This document shows, piece after piece, positions 45,603 to 55,416 of a stretch of DNA of 64,000 bases. Under the pieces are notes generated by a model, which saw only the letters and a list, made by a program, of their open reading frames with translations, ran no database searches and was not told where the DNA came from. Numbering within the stretch: the stretch's first letter is position 1; every line of letters begins with the position of its first letter. The translations under genes were made by a program, and so were the position numbers. Source of the DNA: a virus (Duplodnaviria; Caudoviricetes); the IMG/VR virus record IMGVR_UViG_3300035208_008180. One strand, written 5' to 3'.

Positions 45603-45908
45603 ATGAAATTCTCTATTTGGTTAGAATCGCAGTTTAACGACGATATAGAAAAAGCTTTACTTAATTTAAAGTATACTGCACCTGATCTAGATATGAGCAG
45701 ATTTGATGATTTAATTTCTGATCTAAATGACAGGGGTTTAATTCCTGCTGGTGTCAATCCTGCACGCTTTGCAGCGGCTTTGAAATCACGCATAAAAAAC
45801 CCACCTCTGGACAAAATAGATAAAACTGGGGAACGTATCCCGCCAGAACATCGAGATGCTGTAGAGCTATCACTAAGAAAATATTGGGGAGCATATAAAA
45901 AAAGATGA
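45603..45908 (+). CDS. hypothetical protein with FxxW tag
   Basis: MKFSIWLE preceded by CTATATAATAAAGT. Confidence 0.75.
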   Translation: MKFSIWLESQFNDDIEKALLNLKYTAPDLDMSRFDDLISDLNDRGLIPAGVNPARFAAALKSRIKNPPLDKIDKTGERIPPEHRDAVELSLRKYWGAYKKR

Positions 45909-46186
45909 AATTTTCCATTTGGCTTGAAACACGTAGTATAGAAAATCTCAAAAAAACCATATTGGTTTCTTTATTTCCCACCCTCGATAGCCATCAGCAG
46001 GAAGATAATTTGGTACTAACTATGGATACTTTAGACCAAGACCTGATTGATAGCATGTTGGATAATGGAAATGTCAAAGAGTATCTTGGCGAACGTAATC
46101 CACACCAATTCTTACAATCTAAAAAAGGGATCACTGTTCAGCAATTTGTTGATTGGTTGGCAAGTGGTCAAGCTGCTACTGTTTAA
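45905..46186 (+). CDS. hypothetical protein with FxxW tag
   Basis: MKFSIWLE, same tag as the preceding gene. Confidence 0.75.
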   Translation: MKFSIWLETRSIENLKKTILVSLFPTLDSHQQEDNLVLTMDTLDQDLIDSMLDNGNVKEYLGERNPHQFLQSKKGITVQQFVDWLASGQAATV

Positions 46187-46372
46187 TTTTATCAATAAGC
46201 CGCATGATTTGTGCCGCAATCCAAATAGGGATTATAATAATAAACGCAAATATAAGCCCAACAAGACCGCAGGCCAAGTATAACCAAGTGTGCCAGTCAA
46301 ACCAATTCATTTTAGGGTCTGCCATGTAAATATATATTGCATTGCTTGTCATAATAAGCTACAATAAAATTG

Positions 46373-47824
46373 ATGAATCAATTAGTTTTAGAAAATCATT
46401 ATTCCCGTTTAATAACACAAGACGACCACCTAAATCTACTTCTTTGGTCAAAACTAAGATTTAGGGATCGTGACTATTTTCATAGTCGTTTGTATAAACA
46501 AAAGAAGTGGGATGGTTTTCATAATTTTTATTCTAAAGAGACCGGCAAATTCCTGACAGGCATTCTGCCAGAGATACTGTTGGTTATGAATAAATTGAAA
46601 GTCAAATATGAAATCATTGATAATCGTAAGATGATTCAATGGCGAGTGCCCACAATCAATGACCAGTTTCTTAACTATTGGCTCACCGAATACAACGCCA
46701 GTGTCACCACAGAGGAACAACAAAAAGATTATACTTTGCGGGACTTTCAACCAGATGTAGTAAATGGAGTGTTGAAGCATTTTAGGGGATTAGTGGTTGC
46801 TCCTACTGGCACCGGCAAAACAGCCATCTTGATCTCATTAGTTAAATGTCTACCCAAACATTGTCCAACTTTAATTTTGTCAAATCGACGGGGCTTATCT
46901 GACCAACACTATTCGGACTTAAAGAACTGGGGTGTGCCTGATATTGGTAGACTATATGACAAATATAAAGACCCTAATTTTATTACCTGTGCTACTTGGC
47001 AATCAGCGGGCAAATTAGGCAAGTTGTTACCCCAAATTAAAGTTTTGCTTGTTGATGAAATTCACGAAATGATGACGGCAGGCACCCGTAAAATCTACAA
47101 TAAATTAACAGGATGTAGTGTCCGGGTTGGTATATCTGGAACGCCTTTTAAATACGATGGTAAAGACTCCAAACAGAAATGGCTTACCAAAGGATACTTT
47201 GGGCCTCCCATTCAAATAGCTTCTGCCAAAGACGGAAAACTTACGGTCAAAGAAGCTCAACAAAAGGGTATGCTTGTATCATGCAAAGCGGTTTTTTGGC
47301 CCATTCGAGAGCCGATGTTGCCTTATGATATTTACCTCGATGCCGTCACCAGAGGCATTGCTGAAAATTATGATTTTCATCATATTATTGAGAGATTGGT
47401 AAAAACTCTCAAAGGCAGGACGTTGATCCTGGTAGAAAGATTGGCTCATGGAGATATATTAAACAACATAATTCCAGGCTCTTTGTGGGTGCAAGGCAAA
47501 GACAATCTAGAAACTCGTAAACACGTAATTCGTGAATTGATGTTTGCAAAGGAATGTGTGGCGATTGCCACAAGTGGTATATTTTCAGCCGGTATCAATG
47601 TTTTTTGTCACAATTTTTTGAATGCCCAAGGAGGACAAGCAGATCATCAAATTATTCAGAGAATAGGAAGAGGATTGCGTCCTGCTGACGATAAGGATGT
47701 ATTATATTACCATGACTTCTATTTTCACATAAATGAATATCTTGAAGATCATTCTAAAAAAAGAATTAAAATTCTAAAAAAACAAGGGCACGAAGTAATT
47801 ATAAAAGATTCTATAGATTTTTGA
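46373..47824 (+). CDS. uvsW: UvsW-like SF2 helicase
   Basis: WDG, LRDFQ, PTGTGKT, DEIH, SGT, QRIGRGLR, HS.KR. Confidence 0.85.
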   Translation: MNQLVLENHYSRLITQDDHLNLLLWSKLRFRDRDYFHSRLYKQKKWDGFHNFYSKETGKFLTGILPEILLVMNKLKVKYEIIDNRKMIQWRVPTINDQFLNYWLTEYNASVTTEEQQKDYTLRDFQPDVVNGVLKHFRGLVVAPTGTGKTAILISLVKCLPKHCPTLILSNRRGLSDQHYSDLKNWGVPDIGRLYDKYKDPNFITCATWQSAGKLGKLLPQIKVLLVDEIHEMMTAGTRKIYNKLTGCSVRVGISGTPFKYDGKDSKQKWLTKGYFGPPIQIASAKDGKLTVKEAQQKGMLVSCKAVFWPIREPMLPYDIYLDAVTRGIAENYDFHHIIERLVKTLKGRTLILVERLAHGDILNNIIPGSLWVQGKDNLETRKHVIRELMFAKECVAIATSGIFSAGINVFCHNFLNAQGGQADHQIIQRIGRGLRPADDKDVLYYHDFYFHINEYLEDHSKKRIKILKKQGHEVIIKDSIDF

Positions 47825-47846
47825 TAACACAAGCATAAATATATGT

Positions 47847-48545
47847 ATGAACTCAACAGAAATACATAATCAAAAAATTACAAAGATTTGTCCCCAGTGT
47901 GGAAAGACATACAAGGTCCGCAGACCAAGTGAAATGTCTATCCGAATTTTTTGCTCAAAGCAATGTGCCCATGATTCTACTAAAAAAGAAAAAACAATTG
48001 TTAGATGTGAAATTTGCGACAAAGAAATTGAGGTTTTGCCATGTTTGTTAGAACAAACAAAATATTGTTCAAAAAAATGTAAATGGATTGGAACCAGAAA
48101 AATAAGAGACGGTCTTAGTCGTCAATGCAATCAATGTAAAGAAACGAAACCTTTAGATTGTTTCGGCAGCACAGAATATAGCAGAAAGCATGAATATATT
48201 TGTAAAATTTGCAGAGCAAAATTGAGCCACGCCAGAATGCGAACAACAAAAGGACAATTTGCTGCCTGTAAACATATTGCTAAACGAAGAAAATTAGAAT
48301 GGAACATAAGCGAAGAAGAATACACAGAATTACGCAAGATGAAGTGCCACTATTGTTATGAGTCGTTAAATGAAACAGGAACTGGTCTCGACCGCAAGGA
48401 CAACAGCAAAGGCTATATATTAGACAATGTGGTGCCTTGCTGTTGTCATTGCAACAGAACCAGAAGCGACCATTTTACATATGAAGAAATGCTTCGATTA
48501 GCAGTGTTGATAAGAGAAATAAAAAGAGATAGGTTAAATGCGTAA
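47847..48545 (+). CDS. HNH endonuclease with multiple zinc fingers
   Basis: Repeated CxxC/FCS..C; CHYC...GLDRKDNSKGY..DNVVPCC..CN. Confidence 0.85.
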   Translation: MNSTEIHNQKITKICPQCGKTYKVRRPSEMSIRIFCSKQCAHDSTKKEKTIVRCEICDKEIEVLPCLLEQTKYCSKKCKWIGTRKIRDGLSRQCNQCKETKPLDCFGSTEYSRKHEYICKICRAKLSHARMRTTKGQFAACKHIAKRRKLEWNISEEEYTELRKMKCHYCYESLNETGTGLDRKDNSKGYILDNVVPCCCHCNRTRSDHFTYEEMLRLAVLIREIKRDRLNA

Positions 48546-48574
48546 ACTTCACAGGCCAACCGGGGATGGCTCGA

Positions 48575-48811
48575 TCACTCAGAATCAAGTGAAATTTGAC
48601 CCAAGCCATATGTGGGAGGGTCTTTTAACGAAATCATCTCCACTCTTGTTTCTGAATTAGGTCGAGTAGGCAATACCATCACCTCATAACCATCATCTTG
48701 CAATTTTTTAAACAAATCGCCATGATCTTTTTTTGTTTTATCAACAAAAGCTTCAGCTTGAGTGGGTGCCAAGGTTCCGATATCCAGATAAATAACAAAT
48801 AAACCGTTCAT
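48575..48811 (-). CDS. small hypothetical protein with portal-like motif
   Basis: IYLDIGTLAPTQAEAFV; AAGGAG RBS. Confidence 0.6.
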   Translation of the reverse strand: MNGLFVIYLDIGTLAPTQAEAFVDKTKKDHGDLFKKLQDDGYEVMVLPTRPNSETRVEMISLKDPPTYGLGQISLDSE

Positions 48812-48835
48812 ATAATCTCCTTTTTAATAAAGGAG

Positions 48836-49930
48836 TTATATTTCTGGATATTCCATAATCTTTCCTTCGAAATTTCTTAAAATAACCTTCTCTGGGGTTT
48901 GAGAGATCAAATAAGTTGGCAATATTGGAATTTTACCACCAGGAGTGTCTATCACATATTGAGGGATGGCCAAACCAGATAATCTGCCTCTTAGATGCTC
49001 CATAATCTCAATGCCCTTGGCGACCTTTGTTCGAAAGTGATTGGCACCATTCACTATATCACATTGAAATAAGTAATAAGGTCTTACCCGCATTCTGACA
49101 AGTTTGCGGCACAATTCTTCCTGAATAAACTTATCGTCATTCACGCCTTTCAATAAAACGGATTGATTATTGACAGGGATACCATTGTCGATGAGTTTTG
49201 CACAAGCTGCTTGGGACTGGGCCGTGATTTCCCGAGGATGATTGAAATGAGTGTTCACAAAAACTGGTTGGAAATCCTTGAGCGTTTCCACCAATTCGTC
49301 ATCAATTCTCATTGGTAAAACTACTGGAACTTTGGTGCCGATCCTGATGATTTGAACCGATTCAACAGCCCTGACTTGACTGAGAATAAATCGTATGTCA
49401 TATCTGTCTAATAGCAATGGATCGCCACCAGAAAGAATCACATCAGTTATCTCAGGGTGATTTTTAAGATACTCTTTAATATCAGCCACTTCACCATCGG
49501 TTAGATTGCAATAGAAAGGACTACCAACTGTTCTTTTTCTGGTGCAATAACGACAGTAAACACTGCATTGGGCTGTGCAAATAATGAGTGCCCTATCTCT
49601 ATAACGATGCACAAGATGAGGCACCGGCATTTGTTGGTCTTCTTGGAGAGGATCATCTACGCAGCAATCTCCCGATAACTCAGCTATATCAGGAACACAC
49701 ATCCTATAGATAGGATCAGATGAGTTGTATTGCTCGATGAGAGAGAGATAATAAGGCGTAATAGAGAAAGGAAATGTTTGACTGGCCTCTTGAGAAATTG
49801 GCAATCCTTTTTTTGCAGCATCTCCTACTGATTGTATCCTGTTCCTAAGCTGCCACTTCCAATCATTCCATTTACCAGGAGGCTCTTCGGCAACTTCCAT
49901 GTTACCGAATAAATTCGATTCATTATCCAT
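48836..49930 (-). CDS. kamA: Lysine 2,3-aminomutase (KamA/EpmB radical SAM)
   Basis: WNDWKWQL, LVHRYRDR, CSVYCRYCTRKR, SGGDPL, HFNHPRE, NQSVLLKGVND, PYYLFQCD, LSGLAIP. Confidence 0.93.
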   Translation of the reverse strand: MDNESNLFGNMEVAEEPPGKWNDWKWQLRNRIQSVGDAAKKGLPISQEASQTFPFSITPYYLSLIEQYNSSDPIYRMCVPDIAELSGDCCVDDPLQEDQQMPVPHLVHRYRDRALIICTAQCSVYCRYCTRKRTVGSPFYCNLTDGEVADIKEYLKNHPEITDVILSGGDPLLLDRYDIRFILSQVRAVESVQIIRIGTKVPVVLPMRIDDELVETLKDFQPVFVNTHFNHPREITAQSQAACAKLIDNGIPVNNQSVLLKGVNDDKFIQEELCRKLVRMRVRPYYLFQCDIVNGANHFRTKVAKGIEIMEHLRGRLSGLAIPQYVIDTPGGKIPILPTYLISQTPEKVILRNFEGKIMEYPEI

Positions 49931-50049
49931 TTTTGTCTTGTGTGTTTCCTTGTAAAAACAATATTTATAAATAATAAAGTAGTTTGTGTCAAGTGAAAAA
50001 TTTTTGGTTGAGAAAAATAGATAAGTTGTCCAACCAATAAAGGAAAATC

Positions 50050-50235
50050 ATGGTCAGCAAAAGAAAAATGAAACCAGCACCAAAGCCGATGCCAGTGCCA
50101 ACGCCAGCACCAAAACCAGCACCAAAGCCTGCACCAGTGCCAGCACCAAAGCCTGCACCAAAGCCTGCACCAGTGCCAGCACCAGTGCCAGCAAAACCTG
50201 CACCAGCACCAGTGACAACGCCAACTAAGGAATAG
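50050..50235 (+). CDS. Pro/Ala/Lys repeat micro-protein (PAPK/PAPV)n
   Basis: AAGGA RBS; 61 aa made almost entirely of PAPK/PAPV units. Confidence 0.7.
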   Translation: MVSKRKMKPAPKPMPVPTPAPKPAPKPAPVPAPKPAPKPAPVPAPVPAKPAPAPVTTPTKE

Positions 50236-50241
50236 CCAGAC

Positions 50242-50658
50242 TCAACTTGTTTGAAATTCTGGATAAGGACTTATAATATTTACCGCTTTTGGAGAAATGG
50301 TTTCTTCTAAATAAACGAAGCCATTCTCCAAAGCGGTTTTTAAAGAGATCATCCCGAAATTATCCAAAAGCATCTGTACGGCGGCAAAATTTGGCATATG
50401 TTCTGGATTAGAACTCTCGACAGAAATCGACATGTGTTTGCACCAACCAAATGGCTGCTGCTCAATAGTGAAAACAACTCGAAAGCCCATTGGAATTTCA
50501 ATGTCGAAACCAACATTTCCGGGGGCATCCATTGTGCCTTCCAGTATTTTCACTAATGCCTCTAAAGGCATGGGATGTGCTTCCGCAAACTCTATCAGAG
50601 TTTTGATTTTGGCTTCTATACTTTCGTCAATGATGAGTGCCGTCATGATGCTCTCCAA
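50242..50658 (-). CDS. hypothetical protein
   Basis: 138 aa; FTIEQQP.GWCKHMSISV. Confidence 0.7.
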   Translation of the reverse strand: MESIMTALIIDESIEAKIKTLIEFAEAHPMPLEALVKILEGTMDAPGNVGFDIEIPMGFRVVFTIEQQPFGWCKHMSISVESSNPEHMPNFAAVQMLLDNFGMISLKTALENGFVYLEETISPKAVNIISPYPEFQTS

Positions 50659-50851
50659 ACTTTGAGTGTAAATTGCTTTATTTCATCGCCATAACTGACA
50701 ATTATTTCAATCTTATCAATATCAAGTTTAAATGATTCAACAACAATCTGGTCGCCTTGTTCCAACTCACCAAATTCGGTAAGTGGACCTGATTGCAAAA
50801 GTATTATTTCAGCAATCTGTGCCATTTGTGGACTAATAGACAATAGATCAA

Positions 50852-52057
50852 TCATAGCTTTTTCTCTGGATTGTCCCAAACTAATCGTTCTTTGGGAGCA
50901 TTGATAGATTCGCACAAAAAGGGCGTGGGGTCGGCAATATAATCATGCTTCGGTTGTCCTAGCTTCCAAGACTTAGAGGCAGATTTTGTGCCGTGTTTGT
51001 AAAGCTCAATATGCAGCATTGCTCTACTATGACCTGGGATGTCAGGTCGTTCTTTGCCTTCTTTTAGCACCGGAATCACTTCGCCAAGGGGTTGTCCTCT
51101 TACAATGATGTCCCCAACCGAAAACGTATATGGCTTAATTTCACCATAACAAACCACTCCTGATCGGCCTTCAACCAAAAGGCAATCAGTGTTATTCCAC
51201 CAGGGAGATTCATCCTGCTCGCCAGTAAAATGCTCAGTGGCTACCACTCTGCCAGATTCTACCGCATGGGCAATAGTGCAATTTTCTCTTGACCGAATAT
51301 GATGATGAACCTCTGATACATAAAATCGGGGTGTATACAAATCGACTCCAGTATGATTGGATTGGCGGCGAGGGAATGCAAAAGCCCCAGGATGGTAATT
51401 GATGGGAATACCAGGACAATGTTCAATGGGGAATTGCCACTTCATAAGCCATTTTAGTTTTTCCACAATGAGTGAAATATCAGCCATTGCCCCTTTGCCC
51501 TCATCCCCACATGCCAACATCTTTTTCTGAGGAGGAATAACTTGGAATTGATCCCCAAATAATTTGACAAGTTTGAATAAATGATCTTCGGTAAATGGAC
51601 TCTCCCACATACGAGTATTCATAGCGGGAGCAACAATCACTGGTTTCGCCCAATCCCAAGCTCGAAAAACGCTGGTCAAAAGATTGTCGCAAAGACCATT
51701 CGCCATTTTGGCCAAAGTATTAGCCGACAAGGGGGCGATTACAAAAACATCAGCCCAGTCACGTAGATTGATGTGAACAACTGGGTCATCTTTCTTCCAT
51801 ACATCGGATATTGCCGCAGCCTGCGACGGTGGCGGCTGTGGAGCAGGTCGGCTCCATTGCCATTCATCGATGTCTCTCCACAATCTGCAATTTAACAGAT
51901 CGAACCCAGTAATATCTTCTTTGTCGATAAAATGCATTGCCGATTCAGTGGAAACAATTTCGACATTGCCAATTTCCGAAAGTTGTTGGCACATTTTCTT
52001 TACCAAAACTGTAGCAACCGAACCAGTGATCCCTAAGAGAATGTTTGGTTTATTCAT
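50852..52057 (-). CDS. coaC: PPC decarboxylase (CoaC/HAL3 flavoprotein) fused to an M23 peptidase-like domain
   Basis: GITGSVA, HINLRDWAD, APLSANTLAKMANGLCDNLLT, PAMN, LACGD.G.G; C-terminal HTGVDL and MLHIELY. Confidence 0.85.
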   Translation of the reverse strand: MNKPNILLGITGSVATVLVKKMCQQLSEIGNVEIVSTESAMHFIDKEDITGFDLLNCRLWRDIDEWQWSRPAPQPPPSQAAAISDVWKKDDPVVHINLRDWADVFVIAPLSANTLAKMANGLCDNLLTSVFRAWDWAKPVIVAPAMNTRMWESPFTEDHLFKLVKLFGDQFQVIPPQKKMLACGDEGKGAMADISLIVEKLKWLMKWQFPIEHCPGIPINYHPGAFAFPRRQSNHTGVDLYTPRFYVSEVHHHIRSRENCTIAHAVESGRVVATEHFTGEQDESPWWNNTDCLLVEGRSGVVCYGEIKPYTFSVGDIIVRGQPLGEVIPVLKEGKERPDIPGHSRAMLHIELYKHGTKSASKSWKLGQPKHDYIADPTPFLCESINAPKERLVWDNPEKKL

Positions 52058-52314
52058 TATTCATCTCCTCTGCCTGGAAGGCCATATCCACCACCTAAAT
52101 CAAAAGGAATTTCTGGATAATCTTCTATGGGAGTTGGCATTGGTAGCTTACTCCATTTTTTTAGTTCCGCAGTTAGAAGCTTGATGGTTTCAACATCGTC
52201 ATCACAGATTTTTTTGTATTCTTTGCACAACCGTGACCAAAAAATAGTTTGCAGAAAATTGCCGATCACGGCAGCAACGAACAATATTGCAAACAAAATA
52301 GCAAGAAATGTCAT
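52057..52314 (-). CDS. small membrane protein
   Basis: N-terminal TM helix. Confidence 0.55.
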   Translation of the reverse strand: MTFLAILFAILFVAAVIGNFLQTIFWSRLCKEYKKICDDDVETIKLLTAELKKWSKLPMPTPIEDYPEIPFDLGGGYGLPGRGDE

Positions 52315-52667
52315 TTTTGTATCCCCACAATTTCAAATGTTGCTAGTAAACAACAAAAATGGGCGAATTGATCGAAGCCAATGATATTGAAAAAAAGCCT
52401 ACAAGGACCATGCTTTCTCCATGCCCAGGATGTCAGACGACTTGAAGAAAAATCCAGTAAAAAATGCAATAGAAAAGTTATGCAAAAATAGAATGCAATC
52501 GATGCGGACCAAAAGAAACTGGCCCAAAATGTCATGCCCACACTATAAATGAAACAATGAACTCCCAAAGGGATGTATAAATGGTGTTTGTTCGTCGCCA
52601 TCCAATTGGATTGTGCTAGGAAATCAAACAAATAATGGCACCACATCATACTAATTAATAACCACAT
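52311..52667 (-). CDS. DUF3307-like membrane protein
   Basis: HYLFDF..Q..WMA..K, HCFIY, HFLLD, IGFDQFAH. Confidence 0.8.
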   Translation of the reverse strand: MWLLISMMWCHYLFDFLAQSNWMATNKHHLYIPLGVHCFIYSVGMTFWASFFWSASIAFYFCITFLLHFLLDFSSSRLTSWAWRKHGPCRLFFNIIGFDQFAHFCCLLATFEIVGIQK

Positions 52668-53443
52668 TTTTCCGCCTTGAGTAACGCCAATGACTCGGCA
52701 ACAACTACACTGGGCAAATAATGCAAAGACCCAGAATGATATTCAGAGGTAATGAAACTCTTGTCACTTTTATTCCAGCGGACAAGTCGCAACGTGTGAT
52801 CGTTGTTTTTGATGTCACGCAAATCATTGGCCACCACCAAATCACAACCATTGGTTTCAATGCTTCTACAAGCGGCTTGAAACAACTCATTACTGGTGCT
52901 GTTGACCAACAGTTTGAATCCTACCAGTTTACAGCCTGGATGCCATCGCTTGATTTTACTAATCAGTTTCTCGGCAGGAGCAAGCTGAATGGATAAAGCA
53001 TCGCTTGACCGTACTTTGCCTTCTGTGGGATTGGATACCAAGTAATCACTAACAGCCGCTGCCAGAACCACAATGTCGGGCTTTTGGTCCCTGATAATCA
53101 TTTCCAATTTCAGGGAATATTCATCATAGTTGCGATAATACACTTGATGGCAGCGATGACGAACTTTTTGACACCAAAAATAAAAGTCCCAAAACCTATT
53201 GATTGATCTTTGATCGTCAGGATGCATATGAAACTGTTCTGCATCCGAGGTAAAATCCACATCTATTTTGAATGGACGACAACCATCCTGGGAGCCTAAA
53301 TACCACACTTCGATATCGTGATCGGTTCTATCGAGAAATGCCCGACAAATTTTTGCCCCAAAAGTCCCTTTGGACATATTGGTAATATCCCGTACAGCAT
53401 CAATGGGAACCTTGGTTCCACCACTAGTGACAAGTATTTTCAT
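52655..53443 (-). CDS. coaB: Phosphopantothenate-cysteine ligase
   Basis: VTSGGT.VPIDAVR.ITNMSKG, LAAAVSDY, LVGFKL, VVANDL. Confidence 0.88.
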   Translation of the reverse strand: MKILVTSGGTKVPIDAVRDITNMSKGTFGAKICRAFLDRTDHDIEVWYLGSQDGCRPFKIDVDFTSDAEQFHMHPDDQRSINRFWDFYFWCQKVRHRCHQVYYRNYDEYSLKLEMIIRDQKPDIVVLAAAVSDYLVSNPTEGKVRSSDALSIQLAPAEKLISKIKRWHPGCKLVGFKLLVNSTSNELFQAACRSIETNGCDLVVANDLRDIKNNDHTLRLVRWNKSDKSFITSEYHSGSLHYLPSVVVAESLALLKAEKCGY

Positions 53444-54236
53444 CGCAAGCCCTTTCCAGGTTTACATGCAACTCTGCCAATCTGAACAATAACTTGTTCA
53501 TTTCATCTGCCAAATCTTCTCGCCGCCACTTTTCTATCAAATCTTTACCACGCTGTGCCAATGCCTTTTCTCTTTCTAATTCTTTCTCTAGCTCATTGAT
53601 TTTCAATTGAGAATATTCAGCACCACCGCCAGCTATAGCGATGAAAGGCACAATTACAGCCATCATATACCAACCAACATAAACAGCAAATAAACTAAAG
53701 AGAGCAGAAGTCACACAACTGCCAATAAAAGAAATTTTCGTGGCTTTTTCCAGCGGTAGCCAACGAGCTAAGCTCGATCTTATGACTCTACCACCATCAA
53801 GCGGAAACACAGGAACGAAAAGATTAAAAGCGGCCCACATCAAATTGAGCTTTCCTAAACCAAAATCAGAATCATCAAAATATAGTAAAATTAGACCCAG
53901 CACCAACGAAATAAAAGGCCCAGTAATGGCAATTAACAATTCTTGATTTGGGTTTTTGCCCCAATCGCCGTCGATATAAGCGGCGGCACCAAATGGATAC
54001 CACACAATTTTGGTGGTGCGGAAGCCAAAATGCTGTGCCACTAGGGAGTGTCCGAGTTCGTGAGCGGTAATACAAATGAACACAAGGAGCAACATACACA
54101 AGACGGCAAATGATTCAAGAAAACTCCCGCAAAAAAGAGGAATAAGCAGCATTGGCCCGAAAAAGCACCACCAAAAAATGCTGGTTTTAATTGGGATGTT
54201 ACATAATTTTGCCAAATATAGATTTTTCAATTTCAT
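53424..54236 (-). CDS. Site-2 protease (M50)
   Basis: HELGH, ITGP, FNLFVPVFPLDGGR; multiple TM segments. Confidence 0.9.
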   Translation of the reverse strand: MKLKNLYLAKLCNIPIKTSIFWWCFFGPMLLIPLFCGSFLESFAVLCMLLLVFICITAHELGHSLVAQHFGFRTTKIVWYPFGAAAYIDGDWGKNPNQELLIAITGPFISLVLGLILLYFDDSDFGLGKLNLMWAAFNLFVPVFPLDGGRVIRSSLARWLPLEKATKISFIGSCVTSALFSLFAVYVGWYMMAVIVPFIAIAGGGAEYSQLKINELEKELEREKALAQRGKDLIEKWRREDLADEMNKLLFRLAELHVNLERACDENTCH

Positions 54237-54508
54237 GTTTTGAAAGTTCCTTTAGGCACATCAGAAGCTTTGCGATGATCCCTGTGTACCCGATGGTGTT
54301 CTACTAAATCACTATCTTCGCAAGAAGTTCCCACTCCGGTTACAAGCCAACCATCCTCCCAATCCCCGGCCCCATCCCTGATTTTCAGAATCATGCCTTT
54401 GATAGCAAATTTTGAGGGAATCCAAGCAATTTGATGCCGGGAGGAAGTTTCATCTATTTTCTTTTCTAACGAACATTGATTATACATTGTTTTATGATAA
54501 AAAAACAC
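54233..54508 (-). CDS. hypothetical phage protein
   Basis: QC.L...IAWIPSKFA..G. Confidence 0.6.
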   Translation of the reverse strand: MFFYHKTMYNQCSLEKKIDETSSRHQIAWIPSKFAIKGMILKIRDGAGDWEDGWLVTGVGTSCEDSDLVEHHRVHRDHRKASDVPKGTFKT

Positions 54509-54551
54509 CCTCCACGAAGCATGGCAACGTGGAGGGTTGGTGAGCCAAATA

Positions 54552-54842
54552 CTAAGCTGCCAAGAGTTTCAGTTGCCGTTTCTTGGGAGTAATGTGGGAT
54601 TGAGCATAGTTTTCAGCCTGTGCTGTCAAACCGGAACGCCAATCCATTACTTTGATGCCGTTTCGTTGCAAACATGAGGAAATACACCTTGTGTCATTTG
54701 GTGTAACCCTTTTCAAAGGCTTGTCGAATACAAGCGAAGCAATGAATCGGTGTGCAAATCCCCCGAATCGACCTAGTTGACAAACCTTCCAAATTTGGAG
54801 CTTGTCGAGACGATTCTTGCGTCTGGCTTTCTTTTTCTCCAC
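54552..54842 (-). CDS. hypothetical protein
   Basis: AAGGAG RBS, GTG start. Confidence 0.6.
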   Translation of the reverse strand: MEKKKARRKNRLDKLQIWKVCQLGRFGGFAHRFIASLVFDKPLKRVTPNDTRCISSCLQRNGIKVMDWRSGLTAQAENYAQSHITPKKRQLKLLAA

Positions 54843-54852
54843 AGGAGTCTCC

Positions 54853-55170
54853 TTAGAGTAGGGTTGCGATTACTGCACGTAATTTTTGAATTTCCCGTCG
54901 TGCCAATTCCAACTCCACAGATTCAGAAATGGTCGATTCGGGCTTGGAAATCTTGCGACATGAACGCTTGACCTTCCTTTTGGATTTCTTGACACCAGGA
55001 ACTAGACCCTGTTCCGTCATGCGGCTTTTAGTGTCATAGAAATTAGCGGCATTGATTTCAACACCACTTTTCGCCAATGCAGCCACTGCTTGCTTGGCGT
55101 TAAAATCCGGGTGTTTTGTAAGAACAGCCCGAATCGCCTCAGCCTTAGTAGGCTCGTTCTTCTTTGGCAT
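54853..55170 (-). CDS. basic hypothetical DNA-binding protein
   Basis: TKAEAIRAVL..HP...AVAALAKSG. Confidence 0.6.
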   Translation of the reverse strand: MPKKNEPTKAEAIRAVLTKHPDFNAKQAVAALAKSGVEINAANFYDTKSRMTEQGLVPGVKKSKRKVKRSCRKISKPESTISESVELELARREIQKLRAVIATLL

Positions 55171-55191
55171 ATATGCCCTTTCAAAAAAGAG

Positions 55192-55416
55192 TTACATCTT
55201 CACACAGTTGTCGTTCAAAAAGTTTACCAGCCATTCTTCAACAGCGATTTGTCTTGCGGTCGAATAAACATGTCCTTCTGTCACAAGAACTTGTGTCCTT
55301 TGAAGAATTAATTGTCGATCTTCAAAACTTTCTTGCCCCTCATCCGTCAAAGCCTCTACATGTGAGAGGAAATCATTTCTCAACAGCCTTTCTATTCGTT
55401 GAGCTATTTGTCGCAT
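55192..55416 (-). CDS. hypothetical protein
   Basis: AAGGAG RBS; 74 aa. Confidence 0.55.
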   Translation of the reverse strand: MRQIAQRIERLLRNDFLSHVEALTDEGQESFEDRQLILQRTQVLVTEGHVYSTARQIAVEEWLVNFLNDNCVKM

